NCBI RefSeq assembly: GCF_001194135.2
Contig: NC_068989.1
Span: forward strand, 79,925,611 to 79,973,618
Reading direction: 5' to 3'
DNA: 48,008 bases
From: Octopus bimaculoides
Taxonomy: Eukaryota
Both the position numbers and the translations under genes were made by a program. A model generated the notes under the pieces. The model saw nothing but the letters and a program-made list of their open reading frames with translations, did no database searches and was not told the DNA's origin. Positions 12,062 through 23,564 of this stretch are shown here, in pieces; within the stretch, counting starts at the first letter, position 1; every line of letters begins with the position of its first letter.

Positions 12062-12450
12062 ACACTCCATTGGTTACGACAACGGGCGTTCCAGTAGATC
12101 CTATCAACGGAACAGCCTGCTTGTGNNNNNNNNNNNNNNNNNNNNNNNNNNNNNNNNNNNNNNNNNNNNNNNNNNNNNNNNNNNNNNNNNNNNNNNNNNN
12201 NNNNNNNNNNNNNNNNNNNNNNNNNNNNNNNNNNNNNNNNNNNNNNNNNNNNNNNNNNNNNNNNNNNNNNNNNNNNNNNNNNNNNNNNNNNNCAGCGGGG
12301 CACAGAATGCAAAAAGATTGGCCATTTGAAAATACAGGTACTGAGTGGGCTAGAGCACCGGGAAATATATTGTCTTATTCAAGGAAACAACAGGCTGCCA
12401 GAAATCGAAATCACGACCATGCGAACGTGAGCGAAATACTCTAAACACTC
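12062..12450 (-). mobile_element. SINE family B copy spanning the 12126-12292 gap
   Basis: Left flank cactccattggttacgacaacggg...atcaacggaacagcctgcttgtg and right flank ...gaaatcacgaccatgcgaacgtgagcgaa are reverse complements of the 3' and 5' parts of 24358-24675. Confidence 0.8.
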
Positions 12451-12813
12451 TAATACTCTAATACTCTAGAGCGAAATACACGAAATATACATACATGCAT
12501 ACATACATGCATGCATACATACATACATACATACATACATACATACATGCATACATACGCTCATACATAGTGTCAACAGATGAGATCCAGAAATGCTCAA
12601 TATAGGAACACTCTCTAGCTATCAAATGAACGCGCATATATATATATACTTATATAATTATATCACACGATCAATGTAATCTATAAGTACTTTAACCTAA
12701 CTTGCAACATCTCTAGCTCGACTGTTTCTGCACCGTGTATACATCTATCGTCTCTACTAGCCTACCGTACCACTGATCTGGGTACCCACCACTCTTCATA
12801 TAAACATGATCGT

Positions 12814-12957
12814 CTCAGTGAACTAAGTACCATACGCTCCGTGAACTACATATTGAAAACTCCACAATGAATTAGATAATAGCAACACTCTGTGCAAACA
12901 AGTTATTACGACCCCACTCAGTGAACTAGATGTTCAGGGCCTGATCAGTGAAGTAAA
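12814..12957 (+). repeat. Degenerate spaced repeat, six units of ~CTCAGTGAACTA at 23-29 bp spacing
   Basis: Units start at 12814 ctcagtgaacta, 12837 ctccgtgaacta, 12860 ctccacaatgaatta, 12888 ctctgtgcaaac, 12917 ctcagtgaacta, 12944 atcagtgaagta. Confidence 0.55.
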
Positions 12958-13910
12958 CTTTAAATTATTCTGACATATCTATTGAACAGGCAGAATCAAA
13001 AGGTATTTGTATTTAGTCATATGAAAATGAAAGGAACAGATTTAAAGTTGGCAAATGTGCTTTAAGGAATCTTTTAAAACGTATCAAGATCGCACTTTTA
13101 AGTATGAATAAAAGCAAAAGAAAGTTTTCAAATCGTACACTCACACTGATACGAGTGCGTACCTTTGATGTGAAGTGCTTCACATAAAGCGTGCCAGACA
13201 AAAGATAAATGAAAAGAGTGTATGATAAAGAGAACGGAAACAATATATTGGTTGCATACTCAAGAATGCTATGGCTGCAATTTTACTGTTATCGTTTACA
13301 TAATAGATTATATGAAATTAGAAAAATGAGTATAAACATCTCTAAAAAGCAAACAGAAAATACAATAAGTGAAATTACTGTTAGCTGTGAATAATATAAT
13401 TTTTCATCTCCTTATTTATTGTGGTATACGTTTTCATTAAAAGCTAGCAAATCTTACAACCAAAGATGATTGCTTACATCCAAGGCTATGAAATCGCTTT
13501 ATTTTTCTCGCTTGGAAACGTTAGACTATTCATTCCTCAGGACAATTCAAATTAAGTCGTCTTCATCAAACAGTCTCCTATGTTTGTCAGGAAGTACATC
13601 CCCATGTTTTTAGGATTCAAGATTTTACTCATCGAATAAATTTCTTAAGAGCGTTCAAGATATTTTAGAAGTTTACATTAAAATTTTAATTTTTCGTATG
13701 TTCATTCACGATTGCAGAGACAGACGAAGAATTGAGATGAATTCACTTTATCAAGAACTGAAATAGAATCGGAGAAGTGACTACTTTAATCCTTATTTTA
13801 AAATATTTTCTAGCAACAGAAGCAGTATTTAATATATAAAAGGTAATATTTGTCCCCACATAAAAGTGCATGCTTTGTTAGAACAAACAATATTTCGGTA
13901 GTTACCTCGG

Positions 13911-14092
13911 AAGAAACTTTCATACCGGCAAGAGTGCGAAGCACGATCTTGTTTATATCGCCAGCGGGCAGATAAACCTAGCGGGGATTTATCTCTCCGC
14001 TAGTGATATAAAAAAGAGTGGCTCCGGTGCTTCGGCGCTAGTGATATAAACAAGAGTGTGTTTTGTATCGAAAGCCAATATGAAAGTTCCTT
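13911..14092. mobile_element. MITE-like element with ~55-bp imperfect terminal inverted repeats
   Basis: Left aagaaactttcataccggc...tcttgtttatatcgccagcg versus reverse complement of the right end aaggaactttcatattggc...tcttgtttatatcactagcg. Confidence 0.7.
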
Positions 14093-14284
14093 TCATGGCA
14101 TCTATCGCAGCATTCTTTATTTTAGTAGAACATCCCACGTTTAGGTGGGGATAGATATTATCTAATCATTGTGTCTTCTTCCATTTATATCAGCTAAAAT
14201 AATGATCTCTAACAAAAGTACAATATCTTACATTTAGGGGAATAAGTTTAGACAACTAAATGAATTTCAGAATATGAATAAGTT

Positions 14285-14570
14285 TTGAGGTGCACTTAGC
14301 AGATGGTCTCGTGTGCGTCGTCAGTGAGGTTTCTTGAGATTCTGGTAGTCTCAGGTCTTTCAAAATCCAATCCTCCTCACCCAGTTGACCCAGCCAGAGC
14401 TGATCAAATTCCAGCTTGTATTCCAATGGCAGCAAGCCACTGATCTACCCCATTATCCAAAGTCACCTAGTGGTCGTCTCTGCAGTTTCAGTGATTCGAA
14501 TTTAGTACGTTAGTCTTTGCTGCGCCAGTAACTCCAAACACAGAATTGATGAAAATAGACTTTCGTGAGA
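14285..14570 (-). mobile_element. 3' end of a Hero-like (RLE-type) non-LTR retrotransposon, decayed
   Basis: Minus strand with frameshifts gives SVFGVTGAAKTNVL..ITETAETTTR*LWIM..DQWLAAIGIQAGI*, resembling the Hero C-terminus I recall (LGITG..ITEAAEKASRWLWIKR..PW..AAGTQAG*); followed by tgatcagctctggctgggtcaactgggtgagg..ttgaaagacctgagac..tcactgacga, resembling a Hero 3' UTR. Recognition is from memory. Confidence 0.6.
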
Positions 14571-14659
14571 TTTGAAATGAAAAACAGCAAGAACAGTAAT
14601 TAAGGAGTATAAAGTATTCTGTCTGACTTTGTAAACATTACGTCACTCTTTGGACAAAA

Positions 14660-14840
14660 TAGTTATTCCTTGAAAAGGCACAAGGCAAGAAATTTGGAAA
14701 CAGGGAAGAATACGTCATTTTATCAACACACAGGAGAATGAAAAGCAACTTTTACCTCATCCTGATTTGAAACCAGAGTGTAAAGGCCAGGAATTAAACA
14801 TTGCAAGATAATTTTTATGCTACGTATTACGATTATGTCA
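14660..14840 (-). mobile_element. Old SINE family D copy
   Basis: ggcacaaggcaagaaattt tail remnant and gaatgaaaagcaact..gatttgaaaccaga core remnant. Confidence 0.45.
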
Positions 14841-14983
14841 ATGTAATATTAAAACTGCTTTTCCTAAAAGTATTTAATATAAGAAATATTTCATCGTATG
14901 CGCCATTTCTGAATTAAGCAAATGTACAAATGTTCCTCAAAAGTCAAATTAATCATCTTCCGGCGATATTGATACAGTGTTAA

Positions 14984-15205
14984 GGCTGCGAGCTGGCAGA
15001 ATCGTTCGTTAGCCGGGCGAAATGCTCATCAGCATTTCGTCTGCCGCTACGTTCTGAGTTCAAATTCCGTCGAGGTCGACATTACCTTTTATGCTTTCGG
15101 TCTTATTTAAGTACCAATTATGCACTGGGATCAATGTAATCGACTATCCCCCTTCTCCCCCCCCCAAAAAAAAAATTTCAAGGTCTTGTGCCGAGAATAA
15201 AAATA
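14984..15205 (+). mobile_element. SINE family D
   Basis: gagctggcagaatcgtt...ttcgtctgccgctacgttctgagttcaaattccgtcgaggtcgac...aagtaccaattatgcactgggatcaatgtaatcgact. Confidence 0.9.
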
Positions 15206-17183
15206 ATGATTAATACACTGTTTAATAAATTATAAGCAAAAATCATATCTGTCTTCAATGGTTTATATTTTATCTATAGAGGTGATAATGCGTTATGTGT
15301 GTGATTATGTTTAACACAAGAACAGTTCAAATATTTTGAAGCTTATACAAATAGTTTTAGAGTTGATGTATAAATATAAATGTGAGAACAAGTGACACAA
15401 CTGTATATTTCATTTCTTTGTATCTCGGGAGGGTCATTATGCCAATAATATACATATGCACTGGTTCTATTTCACTTTTTTAAATATTTTTATTCAGGTA
15501 ATTAAGCATTTAGCTAATTAAGTAATCGATTGTTCTATAAACTCTTCGGTCAACAAATCAGCCAGCTACGTTTGTAACCTCAACAATGGTAGGTTCTCTC
15601 AGTCCCAAGCTTCAGGTTTGTCTGCCAGTATACATAATGTTGAATTAATGTAATATAAATTCGTGTACTTCAGAGGACATTCAAACTCCATTATGGCAAA
15701 CAACTTAATACTTTCCTAAACTTATTCAGTGAATTGTATTTATACAAAATAGCGTTTGTTTCAAATTTAGAGATTGAAATCCAATTACCATCATTATAAC
15801 AAGATTTATAACTCTGTATGTGGGAGAAGCTTTTGAAGCGCTACATGATTTTAAATTCATTGCAGATCAAATACTTCAGTGGCTTATGGAATTAAAAGAA
15901 AGCTCAATATACCGGGGAATGTTGCAAATAATAGGCTCCTGTAATACCATATCATCCAATGTCTTGCCTGGTGTTGCAACATTTGGGAAAGATTAGGAAA
16001 GATATGAATTTTATATTAGATGTAAGCTGCGCGTTTCGGAATCATAAATTCAACTTTTAAATAAGTATTTCCTTTAGTGGTAGAGAAAAACTGTAAATTA
16101 ATATTATCGATTATAAAGAATCAAATTAATGGCACGTCAGTAGAGAAATATACTGACAACAATACAATAACTATGCTTAAAGGATGAAAGTATTCCACTG
16201 ACATAAAACTAGATTAGAAAGAAGAAATAATTAAACAGTTGATTAATTGATAAATAATACATTTATAGTATATATAATCTAATTTTGGCCATGGTTTGAG
16301 TAAGGCAGGAATGAAAAAAACGTAAATCTTGCACCACATATATGCCAATGACGATTGCTCTTTTCTTTCTCATCGTATGTTGTTGTCAACGTCGAATTAG
16401 ATATATGAAGCTGAAATTGATAAGCAAAAAGAGTCAGACTGGTATACGACCGAAACTGACCTTCTATATACCGTAGAAATCTATGACTTTCTACGTCTAT
16501 ATTTTCCTATTCTGGCTATAATATGAGAATAACGGCTCTGAAGCTGATGCTGGGTCAGTTTTATCATATAATCATAATGTTATAAATTTAGATAGACGCA
16601 ACTGCAGTGATGTTCGATTCAACAGAAATAAACAAAGAATACTAACAACAAATGAAATATCAGATAGACATAATTACCTTCCAGCCGTTACTAATGAAAT
16701 ATTTACCATTTCAGAAATCAACGCCTACAAGATATTATATTACGCTACTTGATATTTTCTCTAAACGGAAAATTTACTACTTAAATTGAATATTAGGTAT
16801 AGTTTAATGCCAATTTATATTACATGAAATTACAAAGCGTTTTGGTTAATTGTTTGGCGTGATATAATTAATTAATTTGCTTCACTTTTTGGTATCTACA
16901 AAAGTTTGAAAGCATGTAAATTAAAGTTCTCTTGCAGTAACAAATATTGAACATGCATTTAACTCTATATTTAGATAAACGTTGCATATATGATGGTGAT
17001 GTTTATGGTTTCTCATCAATTAATATCCACTTAACATTTATCAATGAGACACATATAACTAATTATCTCATTTTCATTTTATTCATTTTTAGCACTTTAA
17101 TTGTCAGGTTTTCACGTGCATATCTATCATTGCCAAATCAATTAGATTGAAAGGATTTCAAAAATATATATTTCTTCTATTAC

Positions 17184-17225
<42 letters not shown>

Positions 17226-17227
17226 CT

Positions 17228-17390
17228 GCAGACGTAACTGTATGGTTAAGAAGGTCGCTGGCCAATTACGTGCTTTCGAATTATGCTCCACTTAACAGCA
17301 CCTTAGATAAGTGTCTTCTACTCTAGCCCCGGACTGACCAATGCATTGTGAGTGAATTTGGTAAACGGAACCTGAGGAAGTCTTTCGTAT
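17228..17390 (+). mobile_element. SINE family A, diverged
   Basis: gcagacgtaactgtatggttaagaag...caccttagataagtgtcttctactctagcccc...gtgagtgaatttggtaaacggaa. Confidence 0.8.
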
Positions 17391-17440
17391 GTATGCATAT
17401 ATGTAGTTATGTATGTATGTGTGTATATATATGGACACCC

Positions 17441-17498
17441 GCCTTCCAAATCTTCGCCAGCGAAGCCAAGATATATATATATATGTGTGTGAGTGTGT

Positions 17499-17574
<76 letters not shown>

Positions 17575-17604
17575 TTTGGCTTCTCTGACGAAGATTAGGA
17601 AGGC
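17441..17604. repeat. 33-bp inverted repeat pair enclosing a (TA)/(TG)n microsatellite
   Basis: 17441-17473 gccttccaaatcttcgccagcgaagccaagata versus reverse complement of 17572-17604 gccttcctaatcttcgtcagagaagccaaaata (29/33 identical). Confidence 0.85.
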
Positions 17605-18224
17605 TGTTGTCTTCAACAGAAAGTAATGAGGAAAGAAACGGAGAAAGAAGAAAATGTCTCTGGATTAGCAATTTCACACATGTCGAATTGGAAGTCATAT
17701 TATAAATAATTCTATCAGCAGACATAGTTTTCGCCATAATATCCTCCGTTTGAAGACGGTTTGTACCCGGAAAACTGTATTTAAATCGGTAAATAGATCA
17801 GTCAATGCACTTTGATCGTAGGTATATTTGCCAGCTGTATCATAAGATATGTACATTTTCAATATTTTAATAAACATTATATACTATATAGATACAAACT
17901 TCCAAATTTAGTAAAATTATATCGTATACAACCTTTATATCACCTTCAAAATGCATTAAAATTATAATAACTTGTAATCGATGATCAATAACTATAAATA
18001 GTATTTCAGATATGGTGTAATATCTTACATGTGTTTATTGCAGGACATATGAGATATATGGCAAATATTTTATATTGGACGGCAATAATCGATTTGCAAA
18101 CATCGAGATCAAGTCTATTTCATAGATAGGTGAGTGACAACATGAAAACGTTGATTTCAATGTAGAGAAACAAAAGTAAACACTGAGAGTTATCTCAGAA
18201 ACCTATCGCTATTATGTTTCTATA

Positions 18225-18336
18225 AATTTCGACAAGGCTTCATACCTCTGATGTATTTGAACCCAAAACATAAAGACGGACGAAATACCGCAAAGCATTT
18301 AGTCGGGCGTACGAGCGATCGTGCCCGCACTTGCCA
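18225..18336 (-). mobile_element. SINE family D head fragment
   Basis: tttgaacccaaaacataaagacggacgaaataccgcaaagcatt is the reverse complement of the D head aatgcttagcggtatttcgtc..ttctgagttcaaa. Confidence 0.7.
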
Positions 18337-18750
18337 CTTCAGTGCAATAATAGTATAGTAAAGTTAGATAGAGCGACAGAACGAAATAATGGTTTATATA
18401 TATANNNNNNNNNNNNNNNNNNNNNNNNNNNNNNNNNNNNNNNNNNNNNNNNNNNNNNNNNNNNNNNNNNNNNNNNNNNNNNNNNNNNNNNNNNNNNNNN
18501 NNNNNNNNNNNNNNNNNNNNNNNNNNNNNNNNNNNNNNNNNNNNNNNNNNNNNNNNNNNNNNNNNNNNNNNNNNNNNNNNNNNNNNNNNNNNNNNNNNNN
18601 NNNNNNNNNNNNNNNNNNNNNNNNNNNNNNNNNNNNNNNNNNNNNNNNNNNNNNNNNNNNNNNNNNNNNNNNNNNNNNNNNNNNNNNNNNNNNNNNNNNN
18701 NNNNNNNNNNNNNNNNNNNAGCCTATACCTTAAGGAACTGTTAACAAATG

Positions 18751-18792
<42 letters not shown>

Positions 18793-18870
18793 TGTAAATA
18801 ATAATAATAATTAAAAGCATTTTATATATACATACATATATATATTATAGATATATCTATGTATAAATAT

Positions 18871-19020
18871 ACTACGGGTTTCTTTCAGTTACCGTGTACC
18901 AAATCCACTCACAAGGCTTTGGACGGCCCGAGGCTATAGCTAAAGACACTTACCCAAGGTGCTACGCAGTGGAACCGAACCCGGAACAATGTGGCTGGGA
19001 AGAAAGCTTCTTACTACACA
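18871..19020 (-). mobile_element. SINE family A
   Basis: ttctttcagttaccgtgtaccaaatccactcacaaggctttggacggcccgaggctatag...cccaaggtgctacgcagtgg. Confidence 0.9.
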
Positions 19021-19627
19021 GGTATTATAAAAGATAAAATGATTGATGCTTTCTCTCAGTTTTTCCTGAAGCTAGTTTCATATTAAGCGTAAAGTTTCAC
19101 ACGGACTGGGAAGCCACCTCTGAAGAAACTTCAACGTTTTAATAACATTTTGTATTTCTACTTTATATTGAGTCGCTAAATGTATAGATTCACTTATATT
19201 CTTCTTCTTTATGCAGTTTTCAATAATTACATGTCTCTTGCTCCCTATGTTACCTTTTCTTAACAAAACTAATGGAAAAGGAAATAGACCGACAGTAATA
19301 TTTGACAGTCGCAACTTAGTACATTTGATAAGATAATCATATACCTAAACAGACATAAATCTCCTCCAATGCAATAGAAAAGGAGAAAATATGTAAACAT
19401 TTATAAATAATAGGAAACATTGATGTTTCTCGCTATATAGGTAAACTTTAATCATCGTAAATATGCCAACAGAAACACAAATAACTATTCCTCTTCATAT
19501 TTCAGTAGCCAATTGAGAATACATAATATATCACAGCAGCGGTATCATAGGGACACTATTTATAGAAGACCGAGATTAAGTTCATTCGATAACCCAACAT
19601 AGTCATATATGCAGCGCCATAACCGCT

Positions 19628-19842
19628 AGGCGCGTGGCCTGGTTGTTGTGGTGCTGCAGTCGTGATCGCTAGATCGTGGGTTCGATTCCCAGACAAAACA
19701 ATTCTTTTTCATGCTACTGCAGTCCACTTAGTTGTAAAGAGGTTACCCTGCAACAGACTAGTCTTCTGATCAGGGTGAATGTTGGTTTGCTCACCTAACC
19801 AGCTGGGTAGCATCATTCAAAAGCTAAAACGATGCAAAAGTC
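19628..19842 (+). mobile_element. SINE family C with tRNA head
   Basis: ggcgcgTGGCCTGGTTG A-box-like, GGTTCGATTCC B box; body homologous to 157-350. Confidence 0.75.
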
Positions 19843-19850
19843 AATAGACC

Positions 19851-20052
19851 CCGGTCAGGCTGAGACACCGCCTTGTAGAATTTTAGTCGAATGAATCGAT
19901 ACCACACCTTTGTCTTAAAGCTTGGTATTTCATCTGGGTTTCTTTTTTGCCGAACTGCTAGATGAAATGGTGCGTACGTATAAAGCAGTTGTGGGCGACA
20001 AACACAGACGCAAAGACACATACACACACTCGCACACACACACACTCGCACA

Positions 20053-20112
<60 letters not shown>

Positions 20113-20257
20113 TATGTATATATATAAGACGGGCTTCTTTTCGCCCTGCCAAATCCACGTACAGACCTTTGGTCGGCCCGATGTTATAATCGAAGACATT
20201 TGCCCAAGGTAGTACTCAGTGGTAATGAACTTGGAGCGAGCTTCTTACTGCACAGTC
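19851..20257 (-). mobile_element. SINE family A with tail and internal (CA)n, tail-to-tail with the family C copy
   Basis: caccgccttgtagaattttagtcgaa tail; gacaaacacagacgcaaagacac; (CA)n; gacgggcttctttt...ctttggtcggccc...ttgcccaaggt. Confidence 0.85.
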
Positions 20258-21588
20258 GGAGATTTATTTACTTGGCAAGTGATTTGATATGAGACTGTGT
20301 TAGATATAGAATAATCATAGCGTGGAAGCCACATATTGGCCGTTCCAAAACACACAAAATCTGTTAACTCTAGTTAAAAATCTTTTATTAGATGTTAATA
20401 ATTTTCGTCGCACCAACTGCGATCTGGTCACTGACATAGGTCCACTGCCATTCCACTTCTTCCATTCATATTTTCTCCTTGGAGAGCAGTATTGAACCCT
20501 GTATTCAATTGAACTCACATATCTACATTTCCCAAAAGAAAACATTTTGTTCTTCACCAAAGGAACTGTTTTACTAAAAATTCCCAAGAAATTCTTCTGA
20601 ATTTGCCATTTCGTTTTCCAGTCGATTTTGGTTATATAAGGAAAACTTATAAAGTATTTTTAAATATTACTAATGCTTGGAAAGAAGAATGCCGTGGTAA
20701 AAACTGTAATTTCAACTATTTTCAACCAAATTTTAATTACAAACAAAATCAAATTGAAGTGTCATCCCACGCCATTATTGTAGTGACAGTTAAATTAGGT
20801 GCGCTTTGTTATTTGAGTAGTAAAATTAGAAGCTAATGTTTCGGTGGCGAGGCGTCGTAACGCGTTGAAGAAAACAAAAAGGTTAATATTTAAATTATTT
20901 TTATAACGCCAAACAGAAAACTGTAATCAAATGTTAATGGGAAATACAATTTTCATTCATATCATTATCGGAGTCCACTAGAAGACATTAATGTAAGTGT
21001 AATTTGCATTTCTGCATAATAATTATAGACGTAATTAATGTTTCCTTTCTTTGACAGAGTTTCCTCTATATAGTATATAGCCTAAGACTTCAGTTTATGT
21101 AATTGCATTCTGTTTTGTTATGCTATTGTATTCCAGTTCAGTATAAGAAAGAGCTAATGTATTCTTTTGTTCCTCTATTCACGATCACATCCTTGATTTC
21201 ATGATACCATTGATTGAGAAATTGATCTCCGCATTCATCTCATACTATTCACTGAATTATTTTTGTAACCAAATGAATGAAATAATGAGGAAAATTTGTA
21301 CCTATAGTAACGCTTTTGTTTATCTTATAGTATTTTAATTCTTTCGACATTTCGTAGCATACTACAAACGAAAAATTGTTACCATATTTTATGATACCTA
21401 AACAGGGTACCCTATTTTAATTGGTGCAAGCAAAAAGTTAATTCTCCGTTGAATCACAGCCTGCTGTGATAAACTCAGGACAAACATATTCAATAACGAA
21501 GGGGTTTTAGGGCTAGAAATAATGGCTTTATGTGTACGTGAGCTGCGTCTGATCTGACCCTGGCCAAGATATCATATATATATATATA

Positions 21589-21740
21589 TTCTTTCAGTTT
21601 CTGTCTCCCAAATCAACTCACAAGGTTTTGGTCAGCCCGAAGCTATAGTAGAAGACACTGACTCAAGGTGTCTGCAGTGGGACTGAACCCGGAACCCGGA
21701 TTGGGAAGTAAGTTTCTTAACACACAGCCACGCATGCGCC
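21589..21740 (-). mobile_element. SINE family A
   Basis: ttctttcagtttctgtctcccaaatcaactcacaagg...gggactgaacccggaac...cacacagccacgcatgcgcc. Confidence 0.9.
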
Positions 21741-22211
21741 TTTGCCAGAGTTCTTAGGGAAATGGAGCTGACTGAAAAACATTTCTTGTGAAACTTTTAA
21801 AACTTCAACCAGTTTCATTTTTATTCGTGTATCTGACAATAAAAGACCGTAAAGATTTTGAAGACAAATAAGAACAAAGTGGGACAAGCAAAATCCGATG
21901 CATCCATTGAGAAACAGACACAAAAGAATTATATATCAAAGACAGTGACAGAGACACGGTTTAAGAAAAGAAGTCACTGAAATGTCAACGAGTAATTTTA
22001 TATAATTAGCCTCCACAAAAGGTAGAAATATAAAGTTCATAAAGTTCTCAAGTTAACTACGTAGTTTCCGACGAAGTCAATAGAAGTGCAAGATGCCGCG
22101 TGATTGTATTTATTAAGGAGAATCTCTTACTATTAATCAGCATTACCATGATATCTGAACTGAATGTAGAATATAAGTATATTTAAAAGAAATTAAAAAC
22201 GAACAGAAAAG

Positions 22212-22364
22212 ATGAATGGCAGAATTGATAGAGGAGCTGATGTTAATGATACGGACGATAATGGAAAGTGTGTATTGATGTATTTTTCAAACTATGAACG
22301 ATGTTTTAAAATGTCTGGTTGTCATAAGCTACCAATATATACAGAGGAAATGATAGCGTCGTAA
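22212..22364 (+). pseudogene. Possible ankyrin-repeat relic (50-codon ORF, probable frameshift at its 5' end)
   Basis: Frame from 22212 reads MNGRIDRGADVNDTDDNGKCVLMY...; the overlapping frame reads MAELIE just before GADVN, giving MAELIE/GADVNDTDDNGKCVLMY, close to the ankyrin consensus; no splice acceptor and no second repeat seen. Confidence 0.35.
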
Positions 22365-22516
22365 ATGATACCTTGTATAGAAAACTAGCTATTTATTGAT
22401 AGAAATACTGTCTGTCAGTCATATATTCCGATCTTGAATAGCTACACATCACTTTAAACTGTTACTTGTCACAATTTTCTTATGAACTTTTGCTCCTGTA
22501 AATGCGTGTTTCTGTG

Positions 22517-22557
<41 letters not shown>

Positions 22558-23274
22558 NNNNNNNNNNNNNNNNNNNNNNNNNNNNNNNNNNNNNNNNNNN
22601 NNNNNNNNNNNNNNNNNNNNNNNNNNNNNNNNNNNNNNNNNNNNNNNNNNNNNNNNNNNNNNNNNNNNNNNNNNNNNNNNNNNNNNNNNNNNNNNNNNNN
22701 NNNNNNNNNNNNNNNNNNNNNNNNNNNNNNNNNNNNNNNNNNNNNNNNNNNNNNNNNNNNNNNNNNNNNNNNNNNNNNNNNNNNNNNNNNNNNNNNNNNN
22801 NNNNNNNNNNNNNNNNNNNNNNNNNNNNNNNNNNNNNNNNNATATATATATATATATAATGTACTGTATCATATATGCATACTATATATGTATACATATG
22901 TATAAAATATACATACATAAATAAACATGCACACATATGTCATGCATTTAATATTTCTATTATACTAGCTTACAATACAGAATCCTTTATGATCTTTTTC
23001 CTATGAAGTGACAAATACTGCACGATTTCACATATCTATAGCGATTATATAAACATGATTTGTCTAAATGTATTTTAACTTCCAAAATTAACGAAATCAA
23101 TTTCTTTAAACGTTCTTTATTTCTTCTGTAAATAGTGACTCCAAGAAAGCTATATGCTAATGTTTTCTGAGTGTTATTCAACAATTTGAATAAGAAATTG
23201 ATATTATATTTATTATTACATTTATTATATTTACTATTGGAATCGTGTCATTATTCCCTTGTTTCACTCAATCG

Positions 23275-23415
23275 CCTGCGGCCATGCCGGGAGCAACGCC
23301 TTGGAGAATTGTGGTCGAACGAATTAACAATCGCATTTATATGTTTTTAAAGCCTGGTACTTATTCTATCGTCCTCTCTTTACCGAACCGCTAAGTTACG
23401 GGAACGTACCCACAC
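23275..23415 (-). mobile_element. SINE family A 3' tail only
   Basis: ctgcggccatgccgggagcaacgccttg...aaagcctggtacttattctatcg...ccgaaccgctaagttacggg. Confidence 0.8.
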
Positions 23416-23511
23416 AATCGCCTGAACGATGCAAATTTGTCGTTCGCCACGACTACAGAATCACCAACAAATGGTGGCCGCAGCGACGCTCTGTAACATC
23501 ATATGCCTCAA

Positions 23512-23563
<52 letters not shown>
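23512..23563. repeat. (TAC)n microsatellite
   Basis: Direct inspection; source of the poly-Val ORF. Confidence 0.95.

Positions 23564-23564
<1 letters not shown>

Noticed and set aside
12814-12957. CRISPR interpretation of the spaced repeat
   Set aside because: Eukaryotic context, ~12-bp degenerate repeats, short spacers and no cas genes
13135-13190. Short perfect hairpins (atgtgaag-tg-cttcacat here; atcacagc-ct-gctgtgat near 21452)
   Set aside because: 8-bp stems are expected by chance in 48 kb and have no supporting context
13718-13766. DRRRIEMNSLYQELK after an acceptor-like site, reminiscent of a bHLH basic helix
   Set aside because: In-frame stop immediately after, no donor, and too short to distinguish from chance
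15790-15996. ~70-codon stop-free frame and nearby acceptor-like sites
   Set aside because: No recognisable homology and no matching donor; such frames occur by chance
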